This document shows positions 19,495-27,603 of a stretch of DNA of 64,000 nt, in pieces (within the stretch, counting starts at the first letter, position 1; each line of letters starts with the position of its first letter). Under the pieces are notes generated by a model. That model was given only the letters and a program-made list of their open reading frames with translations. It did no database searches and was not told the origin of the DNA. Location: assembly GCA_035625025.1 (NCBI GenBank), contig DASPQJ010000030.1, positions 2,993 through 66,992 of the forward strand, read 5' to 3'. A program made the position numbers and the translations under genes. Origin of the DNA: Acidimicrobiales bacterium (lineage in GTDB: Bacteria > Actinomycetota > Acidimicrobiia > Acidimicrobiales > Bog-793).

Positions 19495-19609
19495 GGCAAC
19501 GAGTCTTTCACCGACAAGCGGCCGTTCCTTCGACCGTCGAGATCAAAGGCCGCCGCGGAAATGGCGTCTGTGTATCCTTCGAAATCGGCCAACAAGACGA
19601 GGAGGGGTT

Positions 19610-20074
19610 GTGGCAGAGCTCATTGCGGGCGATAAGGCTCCCGCGTTCAGCCTTCTGGACCAGGACAACGAGACCGTGTCGCTGTCGGACTTCGCCGGTC
19701 GGAAGGTCGTCGTCTACTTCTATCCCGCCGACGACACCCCGGGATGCACGAAGGAAGCCTGCCAGTTCAACGACCTCCTCGCCGACTTCGCCGCGTTCGG
19801 GGTCGACGTGGTCGGCATCTCCCCCGACGGGGACGAATCGCACCGCCGCTTCCGGGCGAAGTACGAGCTCGGTCTGCGGCTCGCCTCGGATCCATCACAC
19901 GCGACGATGAAACGCTACGGGGCGTGGGGCGAGAAGACCCTCTATGGCCGGGTGAGCGTCGGCGTCATCCGCTCGACATTCCTCATCGACGAAGAAGGAC
20001 GTGTGGAGAGAATCTGGCGTCACGTGCAAGCCGACGGGCACGCGGCGAAGGTGCTCGCCGCGCTCGAGAGCTGA
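19610..20074 (+). CDS. bcp: Thioredoxin-dependent peroxiredoxin Bcp
   Basis: GDKAPAFSL..GRKVVVYFYPADDTPGCTKEACQF is the Bcp peroxidatic-Cys motif. The GTG at 19610 is preceded by GGAGG at 19601. The upstream part of the track ORF is antisense to the helicase start. Confidence 0.9.
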   Translation: MAELIAGDKAPAFSLLDQDNETVSLSDFAGRKVVVYFYPADDTPGCTKEACQFNDLLADFAAFGVDVVGISPDGDESHRRFRAKYELGLRLASDPSHATMKRYGAWGEKTLYGRVSVGVIRSTFLIDEEGRVERIWRHVQADGHAAKVLAALES

Positions 20075-20083
20075 CGACCCCTC

Positions 20084-21211
20084 GTGCCCCCCGAGAAAGC
20101 GCAGTGGGCCGAGCTCTTCACCGAGGTCGTCACCTCCGGGCTGTGCACGGGTTGCGCCTCCTGCGTCGTGGCCTGCCCCTATGACGTCCTCGGCTACGAC
20201 GCCTCCGAGGGGCGCTACCGGCCGTTCCACGTCGCCGACTTCGGCGGCCCGGAGAACTGCACGCACGGCGAGCGGGGCTGCACGCTGTGCACCCGAGCCT
20301 GTCCGCGTTTTCGCGCCTGGGAGCCGGAGATCGATTCTTTCCTGTTCGGGCGGACCCGCGCGGCCGACGAGGTCTTCGGGATCGCCGCCGAGACGCTGCT
20401 CACGCGGACGACGGACCCGGAGATCAGCGCAGCAGGCCAGGACGGAGGTTTCGTCTCGGCCGTCGTGATCTGGGCGCTCGAGCACGACATCGTCGACGCC
20501 GCGCTCGTCTCCTATCGCGAGGGCGACGGCAGCTCCTGGCGGGCAGTTCCCGGGGTCGCGCGGAACCGCGTCGACGTGTTGCGGGCCGCGGGCTCGCGCT
20601 ACACGTACTCGGCGAACCCGCTCGCCTACCCCGACGCGATCGCCCAGGGCGCTGAGCGGGTCGCGCTCGTCGGCATGAGCTGCCAGGCCTCCGCCCCGCC
20701 GGTGTTGGGGGCGCGCAAGGCCGGCAAGGTCGCCCGCCGCTTCGCGCTCACAGTCGGGCTGCTCTGTTCGAAGACCTTCGATGACGCGATCTTCCCCGAG
20801 CTGTTCGAGGCGCGTTACGGGTTGCGCCGAGAGGACATCGTGAAGATGAACATCAAGGGCGTGTTCCAGGTCTGGACCCGGGACGGCGCCTGCCATGAGA
20901 TCCCCCTCAAGGAGGCGCACGCCTGGACGCGAGAGGGTTGCGAGCGGTGTCCGGACTTTGCGGCACAACACGCCGACATCTCCGCCGGCGGGATCGGCGT
21001 CGACAATGACTGGACGCTCACGATCGTGCGGACCGAGCGTGGTGCCGAGATCGTCGACGCGATGCGCGTCGCCGGTGCGATCGAGGTTCGTCCGGCCGCC
21101 GATGACGCGACCGTCCTGCGGCTCCTCGCCCGACTCTCCCGGGTGAGCAGGAGACGTTGGCCCGACGCCGCCGACGCCGCGCCCCGGCACGTCCCCGTCG
21201 CCTCCGGCTGA
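20084..21211 (+). CDS. Coenzyme F420 hydrogenase/dehydrogenase beta-subunit (FrhB) family protein
   Basis: The N-terminal ferredoxin-like CTGCASCVVACPYDVL, then RYTYSANPL, VALVGMSCQASAP and the C-terminal CERCPDFAAQHADISAGGIG are characteristic of the FrhB/FdhB/HCAR/BciB family. Confidence 0.75.
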   Translation: MPPEKAQWAELFTEVVTSGLCTGCASCVVACPYDVLGYDASEGRYRPFHVADFGGPENCTHGERGCTLCTRACPRFRAWEPEIDSFLFGRTRAADEVFGIAAETLLTRTTDPEISAAGQDGGFVSAVVIWALEHDIVDAALVSYREGDGSSWRAVPGVARNRVDVLRAAGSRYTYSANPLAYPDAIAQGAERVALVGMSCQASAPPVLGARKAGKVARRFALTVGLLCSKTFDDAIFPELFEARYGLRREDIVKMNIKGVFQVWTRDGACHEIPLKEAHAWTREGCERCPDFAAQHADISAGGIGVDNDWTLTIVRTERGAEIVDAMRVAGAIEVRPAADDATVLRLLARLSRVSRRRWPDAADAAPRHVPVASG

Positions 21212-21449
21212 GGACGACCCCGGCGGTGCCTCGATGGGAGCGCGTCCGGGCCTTCTACCCCGGTCACTCGCCGTTGGGCGATCACGTCGGTTGCGTTCCG
21301 ACCCCCCGGCGAGGGAGCAGGACCTCGCGCGCCCTCGGGGCCCGCGCCGAGAGTCGAGATCGCGGACTCGACGGGGCCGTCGTGGCGGAGAAACCGAGAC
21401 CCATAGCCACCAGCAGTGCGGTGCAGAGACATACCCGACCGACGGTCTC

Positions 21450-21974
21450 TCACCTCTCGCTCCCCTGGCGCAGATGGGCGTCGACGGTTTCGGCCGAGGA
21501 GCGATAGCAGATCGCGCCACCCGGCTCCAGATCGGGGACGTGCCAGTGGCTGAGGTCGCAGATTCGGGCACGCCTCGAACAGACGTCCTCGTCCGAGAGC
21601 GTGCCGGCAAGCTGGGCGACCTTGCAGGGGAAACCGGTCGGCGAGGTCGCGGCTCGGGGCGCACCTGGTCGTTCCGCGCCCAACGTGGCGAGGAGTTGAC
21701 TGCGGCGCGGCTCGGCGGGATTCGAGTCCCGCCTCCAGGCGAACAGCGATCTGACCTGGACGCCGTCCGTCCCGGCGGCACACGCCGCGGAAGCCCGCTC
21801 GGGTCGCGAGGAGCCGCCGGCGAGCCGGAACGGCAACCCGAGCGCCCCGGACTCCGCCGCATCGGTTGCGTCCCGCGGGCCGCAGACGGACTCTCCACTG
21901 GCGGCCAGCCGTCGTGGCCCCCGAGGCGGCGCGTCGCGTTCTCCAGCGATCCCCCTGGACCACGACCTGGGCAT
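21450..21974 (-). CDS. Hypothetical protein (174 aa, seven Cys, four in the C-terminal 60 aa), family not recognised
   Basis: This is the only open frame with coding-like third-position GC between the FrhB-like gene and the radical SAM gene: about 81% by my hand count, against about 90% in core genes. It starts 80 nt downstream of the rSAM stop on the same strand. It is Arg/Ala/Pro-rich, so it could still be a GC artefact. Confidence 0.35.
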   Translation of the reverse strand: MPRSWSRGIAGERDAPPRGPRRLAASGESVCGPRDATDAAESGALGLPFRLAGGSSRPERASAACAAGTDGVQVRSLFAWRRDSNPAEPRRSQLLATLGAERPGAPRAATSPTGFPCKVAQLAGTLSDEDVCSRRARICDLSHWHVPDLEPGGAICYRSSAETVDAHLRQGSER

Positions 21975-22054
21975 CGGCCTTTCGGGCTGGTGCCTCGCCG
22001 GCGCCCGGGATGGTCCTCGGGAGCGTCATCGGTGTGACCTGTTCGAGGCCACGA

Positions 22055-23287
22055 TCAGCCGACCGCCGCGGGCGTCCCGGCCGGCTGGTACGGGCATCCG
22101 GGGTCCTCGGCGAGCGGGTCGCCGCTCGCCGCGAAGGCGCGGGCGCGTGACCCGCCACACGGCACGCGGTACTCGCAGCGCCCGCAGCGCCCGTGCAGCT
22201 GATCCGGGTCCCGCAGTGATCGGAACAACTCCGAGTCGGAGTAGATCTCTGGCAGCGGTCGTTCCCGCACGTTGCCGGCTACGAGCGGGAGGAACCCGCT
22301 CGGCTGGACCTTTCCGCGAGCCGAGATGAAAACGACGCCACGCCCGTCACCGACGACGAGCGGCGCGCGACGGCGGCCTCCTCCCGGACCGGCGGGGCGG
22401 TGCGCCGACTCGGAACCCGGCAAGACGAGCCCGAGAGTCCCGAGGCGATCGTGGAGCTCGGCGTACAGGGACCCTTGGGAGACCGGTTGGCGCGGCGCGT
22501 CGGTGCCGTGTCTGAGGACGATCCTGCGGTACTGGGGCGCCTCGGTAGTTTTCAGGGGGATAACCGTCGCGGCCTCGTAGAGGAACTCGAGGGCGTCTTC
22601 CATGCCCTCCGCCGAGAGCGTCTGGAGCGCGCTTCCCCGCCCCATCGGCACGAGGAAGAAGACGCTCCAGAGGCTGACGCCGAGCCGGCGCGCGAGGCTG
22701 AGGATCTCGGGCAGCTCGTGAACCGTCGCGGCGGTGACGGTCGTGTTGAGCTGCAAGCGCAACCCGGCCTGTCGGGCCGCGACGCAGGCGGCGACTGTCC
22801 AGTTGAACGAGCCTTGCGTCAGCCGGAAACGGTCGTGGGTCTCGGCGCTCGCCCCGTCGATCGAGAGCGACACTGTCGCGACACCAGCTTGGCGGAGCTC
22901 CCGGAAGAGGGCGCGTGCCGCGCGCGGCGTACCGGCCGGGGCGACGGACACCGCGAGCTGAGAACCCACGCCGTGCCGGACGAGCTCCAGCAGGTCGGGG
23001 CGCATCAGCGGGTCGCCACCGGTGAATACGACAATGGGCCGCGGCGACCCGAGGGCGCCAAGATCATCGAGCACCGCGGCGACCTCGTCGGTCGTCAGCT
23101 CGTCGGGGTCGCGTTCTCGCTTCGCCTCGGCGCGGCAGTGGCGGCAGGCGAGTTCACACGCCCGCGTCAGCTCGAACAGCACGAGGAAAGGTCGGCGGCT
23201 CAAGTCATAGCGCAGGTGTCTCAGACCGGAGCGCGCCCCAGCGCCGTCTCCCGCGCGCTCCTGCGGGCTGTCGGTCGTCTCGCCCAT
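22055..23287 (-). CDS. Radical SAM/SPASM domain protein, NirJ/AhbD-like
   Basis: RRPFLVLFELTRACELACRHCRAEA carries the CX3CX2C motif at 23135-23158. VVFTGGDPLMRPDL is present, and the C-terminal SPASM-type Cys cluster is GRCGRCEYRVPCGGSRARAF..DPGCPY. The ATG at 23287, preceded by AGGAGGGAG, is preferred over 23368 because the extra codons include ATA/ATT. Confidence 0.85.
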   Translation of the reverse strand: MGETTDSPQERAGDGAGARSGLRHLRYDLSRRPFLVLFELTRACELACRHCRAEAKRERDPDELTTDEVAAVLDDLGALGSPRPIVVFTGGDPLMRPDLLELVRHGVGSQLAVSVAPAGTPRAARALFRELRQAGVATVSLSIDGASAETHDRFRLTQGSFNWTVAACVAARQAGLRLQLNTTVTAATVHELPEILSLARRLGVSLWSVFFLVPMGRGSALQTLSAEGMEDALEFLYEAATVIPLKTTEAPQYRRIVLRHGTDAPRQPVSQGSLYAELHDRLGTLGLVLPGSESAHRPAGPGGGRRRAPLVVGDGRGVVFISARGKVQPSGFLPLVAGNVRERPLPEIYSDSELFRSLRDPDQLHGRCGRCEYRVPCGGSRARAFAASGDPLAEDPGCPYQPAGTPAAVG

Positions 23288-23461
23288 CGCGGGCCGCTCC
23301 CTCCTGCGTTGGCTCGGCGTGTCGCGACGGTCACCGAATCTCGCCGCGTCCACTATAGGGAGAATCACCTGGATGATCGAAAGGCGTGTCGTCGCTCGAT
23401 CTGGCTTCGCGGCTCCTGTGGGCGGGGCGCTTCAGAGGGACGCCGGGCTAGCTTGGCTGCG

Positions 23462-24145
23462 GTGGTAAAGAGTGCCGAAAGGGACAAGACGACGTATCTG
23501 TTGTTCGTCCGGCACGGGGCGACGGCGTCCACGGGAAAGGTCTTGCCCGGCCGCGCCCCGGGTCTGCACCTGACGCCGGGTGGGCTCGCCGAGGCGGGCG
23601 AGGTTGGCGGGCGGCTCGGCGCGCTCGGTCGAGTTCGGGCGCTGTACTCCTCGCCGATGGAGCGGGCCGTCGAGACCGCCGAAAAAATCGCGCAGAGCCT
23701 CGGCCTTCCGGTCGAGATCGAGTCCGGATTGATCGAGTGCGACTTTGGCGACTGGACCGGGATGGCGCTGCGCGCCGCGAGCAACAAGAGAGAATGGCAG
23801 CTCCTGCTGCAGTGTCCAACGGGATTTCGGTTCCCGGCAGGCGAGTCCTTCCCGGAGCTGCAAGCGCGAGTTCTCGCGGCGGTCGAGCGGCTGACCACCC
23901 GCCACCGGGGCGAGGTCGTCGTCGCAGTCAGCCATGCGGATCCGATCAAGGTCGCGCTCGCCAGCGCGCTCGGCGCACCGCTCGACCTTTACCAACGGAT
24001 GGTCGTGCATCCGTGTTCGACGAGCGTCGTCGCCTACGGCGCCGGGCCGCCCCGCGTCCTCGCCGTGAACACCTTCTCCGACCCGGCGCGTGTCGGTGTG
24101 CCGACGTCCGAGGACAAGCGGAACAGACTCTGCCGGGAGCACTGA
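23462..24145 (+). CDS. Histidine phosphatase family protein (MSMEG_4193-type putative phosphomutase)
   Basis: YLLFVRHGAT (catalytic RHG), SSPMERAVETA and VVAVSHADPIK are present. It occupies the first position of the conserved actinobacterial trio. The GTG at 23462 is preferred, with TTG at 23453 as an alternative. The rest of the 581-aa track ORF is antisense to the rSAM gene. Confidence 0.8.
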   Translation: MVKSAERDKTTYLLFVRHGATASTGKVLPGRAPGLHLTPGGLAEAGEVGGRLGALGRVRALYSSPMERAVETAEKIAQSLGLPVEIESGLIECDFGDWTGMALRAASNKREWQLLLQCPTGFRFPAGESFPELQARVLAAVERLTTRHRGEVVVAVSHADPIKVALASALGAPLDLYQRMVVHPCSTSVVAYGAGPPRVLAVNTFSDPARVGVPTSEDKRNRLCREH

Positions 24146-24215
24146 AGGTGGTCGGGGTTCAACCGGGAGGGCGAGGCGCCGTCAGTGGGGCGCGAATAGC
24201 CAAGGCGAGGCCGGC

Positions 24216-24716
24216 ATGAGCGGATACTTCGAGCTCCGAGAGCCGACGCGCATCACCGTCGGCGCCATCGGGCCGGTCGGCGGGCGGGTCTTCGTTCTCC
24301 AGGCCCGTGAAGGGGCCCGGCTCGTCACCGTGAAACTGGAGAAACAGCACGTCGAGGCCATCTCCCGCCATCTCGGGCAGCTGCTCCAGGACCTTCCGCG
24401 ACCCGGTGACGTCGCCGAGGCCGACCTCGAACTGGAACCGTTCCAAGAACCCGACTTCGTCGTCGGGACGCTCGCCCTGGCGTACGACGCGAGCGCGGAT
24501 CGCATCGTGATCTTCACCGAGGAGGCGGTCGCCGCGGACGTCGAAGGCGATTCAGCCCGCTTCTCCTGCACCCGTGGGCAAGCCGCGGCGCTGGCGACGC
24601 GAGGCGTCCGTCTCGTCGAGGCCGGGCGTCCGGCCTGCCCTTTGTGCGGGTATCCGCTCGACCCGAGGGGGCACGTATGCCCGCGGACGAACGGCCATCA
24701 CGCTCCGCTGACCTGA
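24216..24716 (+). CDS. DUF3090 family protein
   Basis: The sequence begins MSGYFELREPTRITVGAIGPVGGRVFVLQA, contains VKLEKQHV, and has the C-terminal zinc-ribbon-like CPLCGYPLDPRGHVCPRTNGH. This is how I remember the DUF3090 (TIGR03847-type) family. Confidence 0.8.
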   Translation: MSGYFELREPTRITVGAIGPVGGRVFVLQAREGARLVTVKLEKQHVEAISRHLGQLLQDLPRPGDVAEADLELEPFQEPDFVVGTLALAYDASADRIVIFTEEAVAADVEGDSARFSCTRGQAAALATRGVRLVEAGRPACPLCGYPLDPRGHVCPRTNGHHAPLT

Positions 24717-25414
24717 CGGCGCAGGAGTGGGTCGCGCTCCTGACCCGCGGGTCGGTCAAGGTCGTCGGTCGCCTGCCCTGGAGCTCGAACGCCACGTTCC
24801 TCGTCACGGTGACCGACGGGGACCGGACGGTCCGGGCTGTCTACAAGCCCGGCGCCGGGGAACGCGGGTTGTGGGACTTTCCCGACGGGCTGTTCCGGCG
24901 CGAGGTCGCGGCGTACGAGCTCGACCGGGCTCTCGGCCTCGAGATCGTCCCGACGACGGTGCTGCGCGCCGAAGCGCCCTTGGGCGAGGGATCGCTGCAG
25001 CGCTTCATCGAAGCGGACTTCACCGAGCACTACTTCAGCCTGCGCGAGGTCGCAGAGCACGGCGAGGCGCTCCGGGTGATCGCGGGATTCGACCTGCTTG
25101 CCAACAACGCCGACCGCAAAGGCGGGCATCTGCTCGTCGATCGCTCCGGCCATCTGTGGGCGATCGACAACGGACTTTCGTTCCACGCCGACACCAAGCT
25201 CCGCACGGTGATGTGGGACTTCGCCGGCGAGGAGCTCCCTGCCTCCATCGTCGCCGGGGCGCGGCTGTTCACCGCCGCGATCCCCGACGAACTCGTGGCG
25301 CTGCTCTCCGCTGAGGAGGTCGACGCGCTGGCGGCGCGCGCCGAAGCGATCATCGACGATCCGCGCTTTCCCGGTCCGACGGCGAAGACGCGGCTTCCTT
25401 GGCCGCTCGTGTGA
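24677..25414 (+). CDS. SCO1664 family protein (PI3/PI4-kinase-like fold)
   Basis: Motifs are WSSNATFLVTV..VYKPGAGERGLWDFPDGLFRREVAAYELDRALG, FDLLANNADRKGGHLL and WAIDNGLSFH. The ATG at 24677 overlaps the DUF3090 3' end by 40 nt. Confidence 0.8.
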   Translation: MPADERPSRSADLTAQEWVALLTRGSVKVVGRLPWSSNATFLVTVTDGDRTVRAVYKPGAGERGLWDFPDGLFRREVAAYELDRALGLEIVPTTVLRAEAPLGEGSLQRFIEADFTEHYFSLREVAEHGEALRVIAGFDLLANNADRKGGHLLVDRSGHLWAIDNGLSFHADTKLRTVMWDFAGEELPASIVAGARLFTAAIPDELVALLSAEEVDALAARAEAIIDDPRFPGPTAKTRLPWPLV

Positions 25415-25463
25415 GAGCCGTGCCGGTACGCACGGCGGTAGGGGCGGAGGCCACTCTCGTGCG

Positions 25464-25889
25464 GTGACGAAGTTCGACGCGCCCGGGACCGCGGCCAACA
25501 CCGGCCGGGGCCGGAGGGGCTCACCTTTTCTCGCCAAGGCACGGCTGTGTCGGCGGGACGCCGAGCGGATGTGCGCCGTCATCACGGTCATCGCCGAGCG
25601 TGCTTCGCCGAGCCTCGGCGCCGAGGCGCGCCGCGGCCTGGGTCGGCTCGACCGCTTGGCGGGGCGGACGCTCGGCCGGAGGCGCGGGGCGCGCGTCGCA
25701 ATGACGGTGGTCGAGACCGACGAGGGCCTCGACCTCGCGGCGGGGCTGTTGGAATGTGCGGACGCCCTCGCCGGTCAGGGGCGGCCCGTCGAGGCCTTCG
25801 CGCTCGAGGGGATCGAGGGCCGTCTTCTCGAGGCGCTGCTCGACGCGGGCCGTGTCGCCGGCGGTGTTCCCGACGATGTCAGCCGGTAA
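25464..25889 (+). CDS. Hypothetical protein (start uncertain)
   Basis: The frame is open with about 90% third-position GC and ends 9 nt before the msrB ATG. I recognise no motif. Internal starts (MCAVITV.., MTVVETDEG..) are possible. Confidence 0.35.
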   Translation: MTKFDAPGTAANTGRGRRGSPFLAKARLCRRDAERMCAVITVIAERASPSLGAEARRGLGRLDRLAGRTLGRRRGARVAMTVVETDEGLDLAAGLLECADALAGQGRPVEAFALEGIEGRLLEALLDAGRVAGGVPDDVSR

Positions 25890-25898
25890 CCTCAACTC

Positions 25899-26312
25899 AT
25901 GACCGACGCGGCGACGGGCGGGGAGCGGCTCGATCTCGACGAGGAGGAGTGGCTCCGGCGTCTCGGCCCCGAGAGCTACCACGTGCTGCGAGAGAAGGGG
26001 ACGGACCGGCCCTTCTCGGGCGAGTACACGCACCCCGGGCGTAAGGGCGTCTTCCGCTGCGTCGCCTGCGGCAACACGCTTTTCGTCTCCGACGCGCAGT
26101 TCGACTCGGGCTCGGGATGGCCGAGTTTCACGACCCCGGCGGCCGCGGACGCCGTCGAGACGGCGCCGGATCACAGTTTGGGGATGGACCGCGTCGAAGT
26201 GACCTGCACCCGCTGCGGCGGTCACCTCGGCCACGTCTTCGACGACGGGCCTGCCCCGTCCGGGCTGCGCTACTGCATCAACTCCAGCGCGCTGGATCTC
26301 GACGAGCAATAA
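25899..26312 (+). CDS. msrB: Peptide-methionine (R)-S-oxide reductase MsrB
   Basis: FRCVACGNTLF, GSGWPSF, CTRCGGHLGHVFDDGP and RYCINS give both CxxC zinc pairs and the catalytic Cys region. Confidence 0.95.
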   Translation: MTDAATGGERLDLDEEEWLRRLGPESYHVLREKGTDRPFSGEYTHPGRKGVFRCVACGNTLFVSDAQFDSGSGWPSFTTPAAADAVETAPDHSLGMDRVEVTCTRCGGHLGHVFDDGPAPSGLRYCINSSALDLDEQ

Positions 26313-26432
26313 CAGGGAGAAGCGTGCAATAGCGTGCCGGCTGGGCGCGCTGCCACGCCGGGTGGTCGGATATTCACGCGACTGCAACGCCGTCGCGGTG
26401 GGGCCGTCGCCTGCCGCCGTCATCATTGGTTG

Positions 26433-26837
26433 GTGGAGTTTCATCGGGGTTCGACGAAAGTGCCGAAAGGTGCCCGCGTCGCCTCCGGGACCGACACGAG
26501 GGCACTGGGTGCCCTCGTCGGTCTCAGCGGCAAAAGGGCATCTCCGGAGCGGTTTGTCGTCATCGAGTCCTGCCACAGCACCTGGCTGTTCGACACGGCG
26601 GACCGGCGCTTCTGTCGGGTCGCGCGCAACGGCGGTTCCGCGGCGGTGGTGACCGACTGGCGACCCTACGACCGACTCGTGGTCGAGGACCGCACCGACG
26701 CCTTCGTCGTCTTTCTCGATGCCTCGGGGACGCGGTTGCTCCGTTCGTGGCGTCACACCGCCGGTTGCGAACACTGCGATCGTGACGTCACCGCGGAGAT
26801 GTCCCTCGGGGATCTCCGTCGTGTCACGCGCGCCTGA
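26433..26837 (+). CDS. Hypothetical protein
   Basis: The C-terminal two thirds (FVVIESCHSTWLFDTADRRFCRVARNG..WRPYDRLVVEDRTDAFVVFLDASGTRLLRSWRH) look like a real globular protein. The N-terminal part of the track ORF is Arg-rich. The GTG at 26433 is tentative. Confidence 0.45.
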   Translation: MEFHRGSTKVPKGARVASGTDTRALGALVGLSGKRASPERFVVIESCHSTWLFDTADRRFCRVARNGGSAAVVTDWRPYDRLVVEDRTDAFVVFLDASGTRLLRSWRHTAGCEHCDRDVTAEMSLGDLRRVTRA

Positions 26838-26965
26838 GCGGCACATTCCGCCGAAGTGAGCCGCCGCGCGCCTTCCTCGGCGCCCCCCAGAAGGGGGCGC
26901 CGAGGAAGTCTCCTTTTGAGCCACGACGCCTTGGGCGGGGCCGGGCTCCGTGGGACAATCGCGCC

Positions 26966-27481
26966 ATGGTCGACAACGAAGCCGCGCCGAAAGCTCCTCT
27001 GATCGTCGTCACCTCCGCACCTGATCCAGGGGCGGGAGGCGAACAGACGGGTGGCGCCGCGCCATCCGGACCGTCCGAAGGAGAGTCGGTCGAGCGTCCG
27101 GCGAAGGTGATGCGGATCGGGTCGATGATCAAGCAGCTGCTCGACGAGGTAGAGAAGGCGCCGCTCGACGCGGCGAGCCGCACCCGGATGAAGGAGATAT
27201 ACGAACGGTCGGTGCGCGAGCTCTCCGACGGGCTCTCCCCGGAACTCGTCGCCGAACTCGACCGGCTGGCGCTGCCCTTCGACACGGACGAGCCGACCGA
27301 TTCCGAGCTGCGGATCGCGCAAGCGCAGCTCGTCGGGTGGCTCGAGGGCCTGTTCCACGGGATCCAGGCGGCGCTGTTCGCGCAGCAGCTCGCGGCGCAG
27401 AGCCAACTCGAGGAGATGCGCCGGAGGAGCCTCCCGGTCGCGGCCAGCGATGTGCAGGAGCGCCCCGGACCGTATCTGTAG
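26966..27481 (+). CDS. bpa: Bacterial proteasome activator (Bpa/PafE family)
   Basis: After a disordered N-terminus comes VMRIGSMIKQLLDEVEKAPLD..RMKEIYERSVRELSDGLSPEL..QAQLVGWLEGLFHGIQAALFAQQ, ending in GPYL. The Mycobacterium protein ends in GQYL, which docks into the 20S core. Confidence 0.75.
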   Translation: MVDNEAAPKAPLIVVTSAPDPGAGGEQTGGAAPSGPSEGESVERPAKVMRIGSMIKQLLDEVEKAPLDAASRTRMKEIYERSVRELSDGLSPELVAELDRLALPFDTDEPTDSELRIAQAQLVGWLEGLFHGIQAALFAQQLAAQSQLEEMRRRSLPVAASDVQERPGPYL

Positions 27482-27552
27482 GGAGAACGGCCACGAGACG
27501 GGTCCCGGCCGGCGCGCTATTGTCCGCGGAGACCGAATGACATCCCTGTAGT

Positions 27553-27573
27553 TCATCCACAGACGGTGGATGA
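27553..27573. promoter_or_regulatory. Perfect 8-bp inverted repeat TCATCCAC-N5-GTGGATGA, 30 nt upstream of dnaE
   Basis: Read directly from the sequence. A second repeat, CAGGT-N7-ACCTG, follows immediately. Function unknown (protein-binding site or 5' UTR hairpin). Confidence 0.25.
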
Positions 27574-27603
27574 CAGGTGTGGACGACCTGTGGAGGCTCA
27601 CCG

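Noticed and set aside
21714-21733. A tRNA/tmRNA-like T-arm string, GGCGGGATTCGAGTCCCGCC.
   Set aside because: The best pairing gives a 6-bp stem with an 8-nt loop, not 5 bp with 7 nt. No complementary acceptor 5' strand (GCCTGGA) or anticodon arm lies upstream. The segment sits inside a frame with coding-like bias (RRDSNPAEPRR).
19895-21898. A 667-aa minus-strand ORF, together with similar giants at 38698..40680 (660 aa), 41458..42942 and 25521..26924.
   Set aside because: They run antisense to well-supported genes (bcp/FrhB-like, menD, tyrS, msrB). They are dominated by Arg/Pro/Ser/Gly and have poor third-position GC. These are classic shadow ORFs of a high-GC genome.
22055-23287. The radical SAM/SPASM gene as mycofactocin maturase MftC or PqqE.
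   Set aside because: There is no mftA-like short peptide (C-terminal GVY-type), no mftB, and no pqq genes nearby. The N-terminal signature resembles NirJ/AhbD-type enzymes more than MftC/PqqE.
22400-24145. Very long track ORFs whose C-terminal parts are real genes: 22400..24145, 32910..35765, 37871..39226, 42575..44851, 48170..50023, 49642..51657 and 60720..62183.
   Set aside because: Only the distal portion shows family motifs and coding-like codon bias. The N-terminal extensions overlap neighbouring genes on the other strand. I trimmed them to internal ATG/GTG starts, several of which coincide with GTGA/ATGA overlaps.
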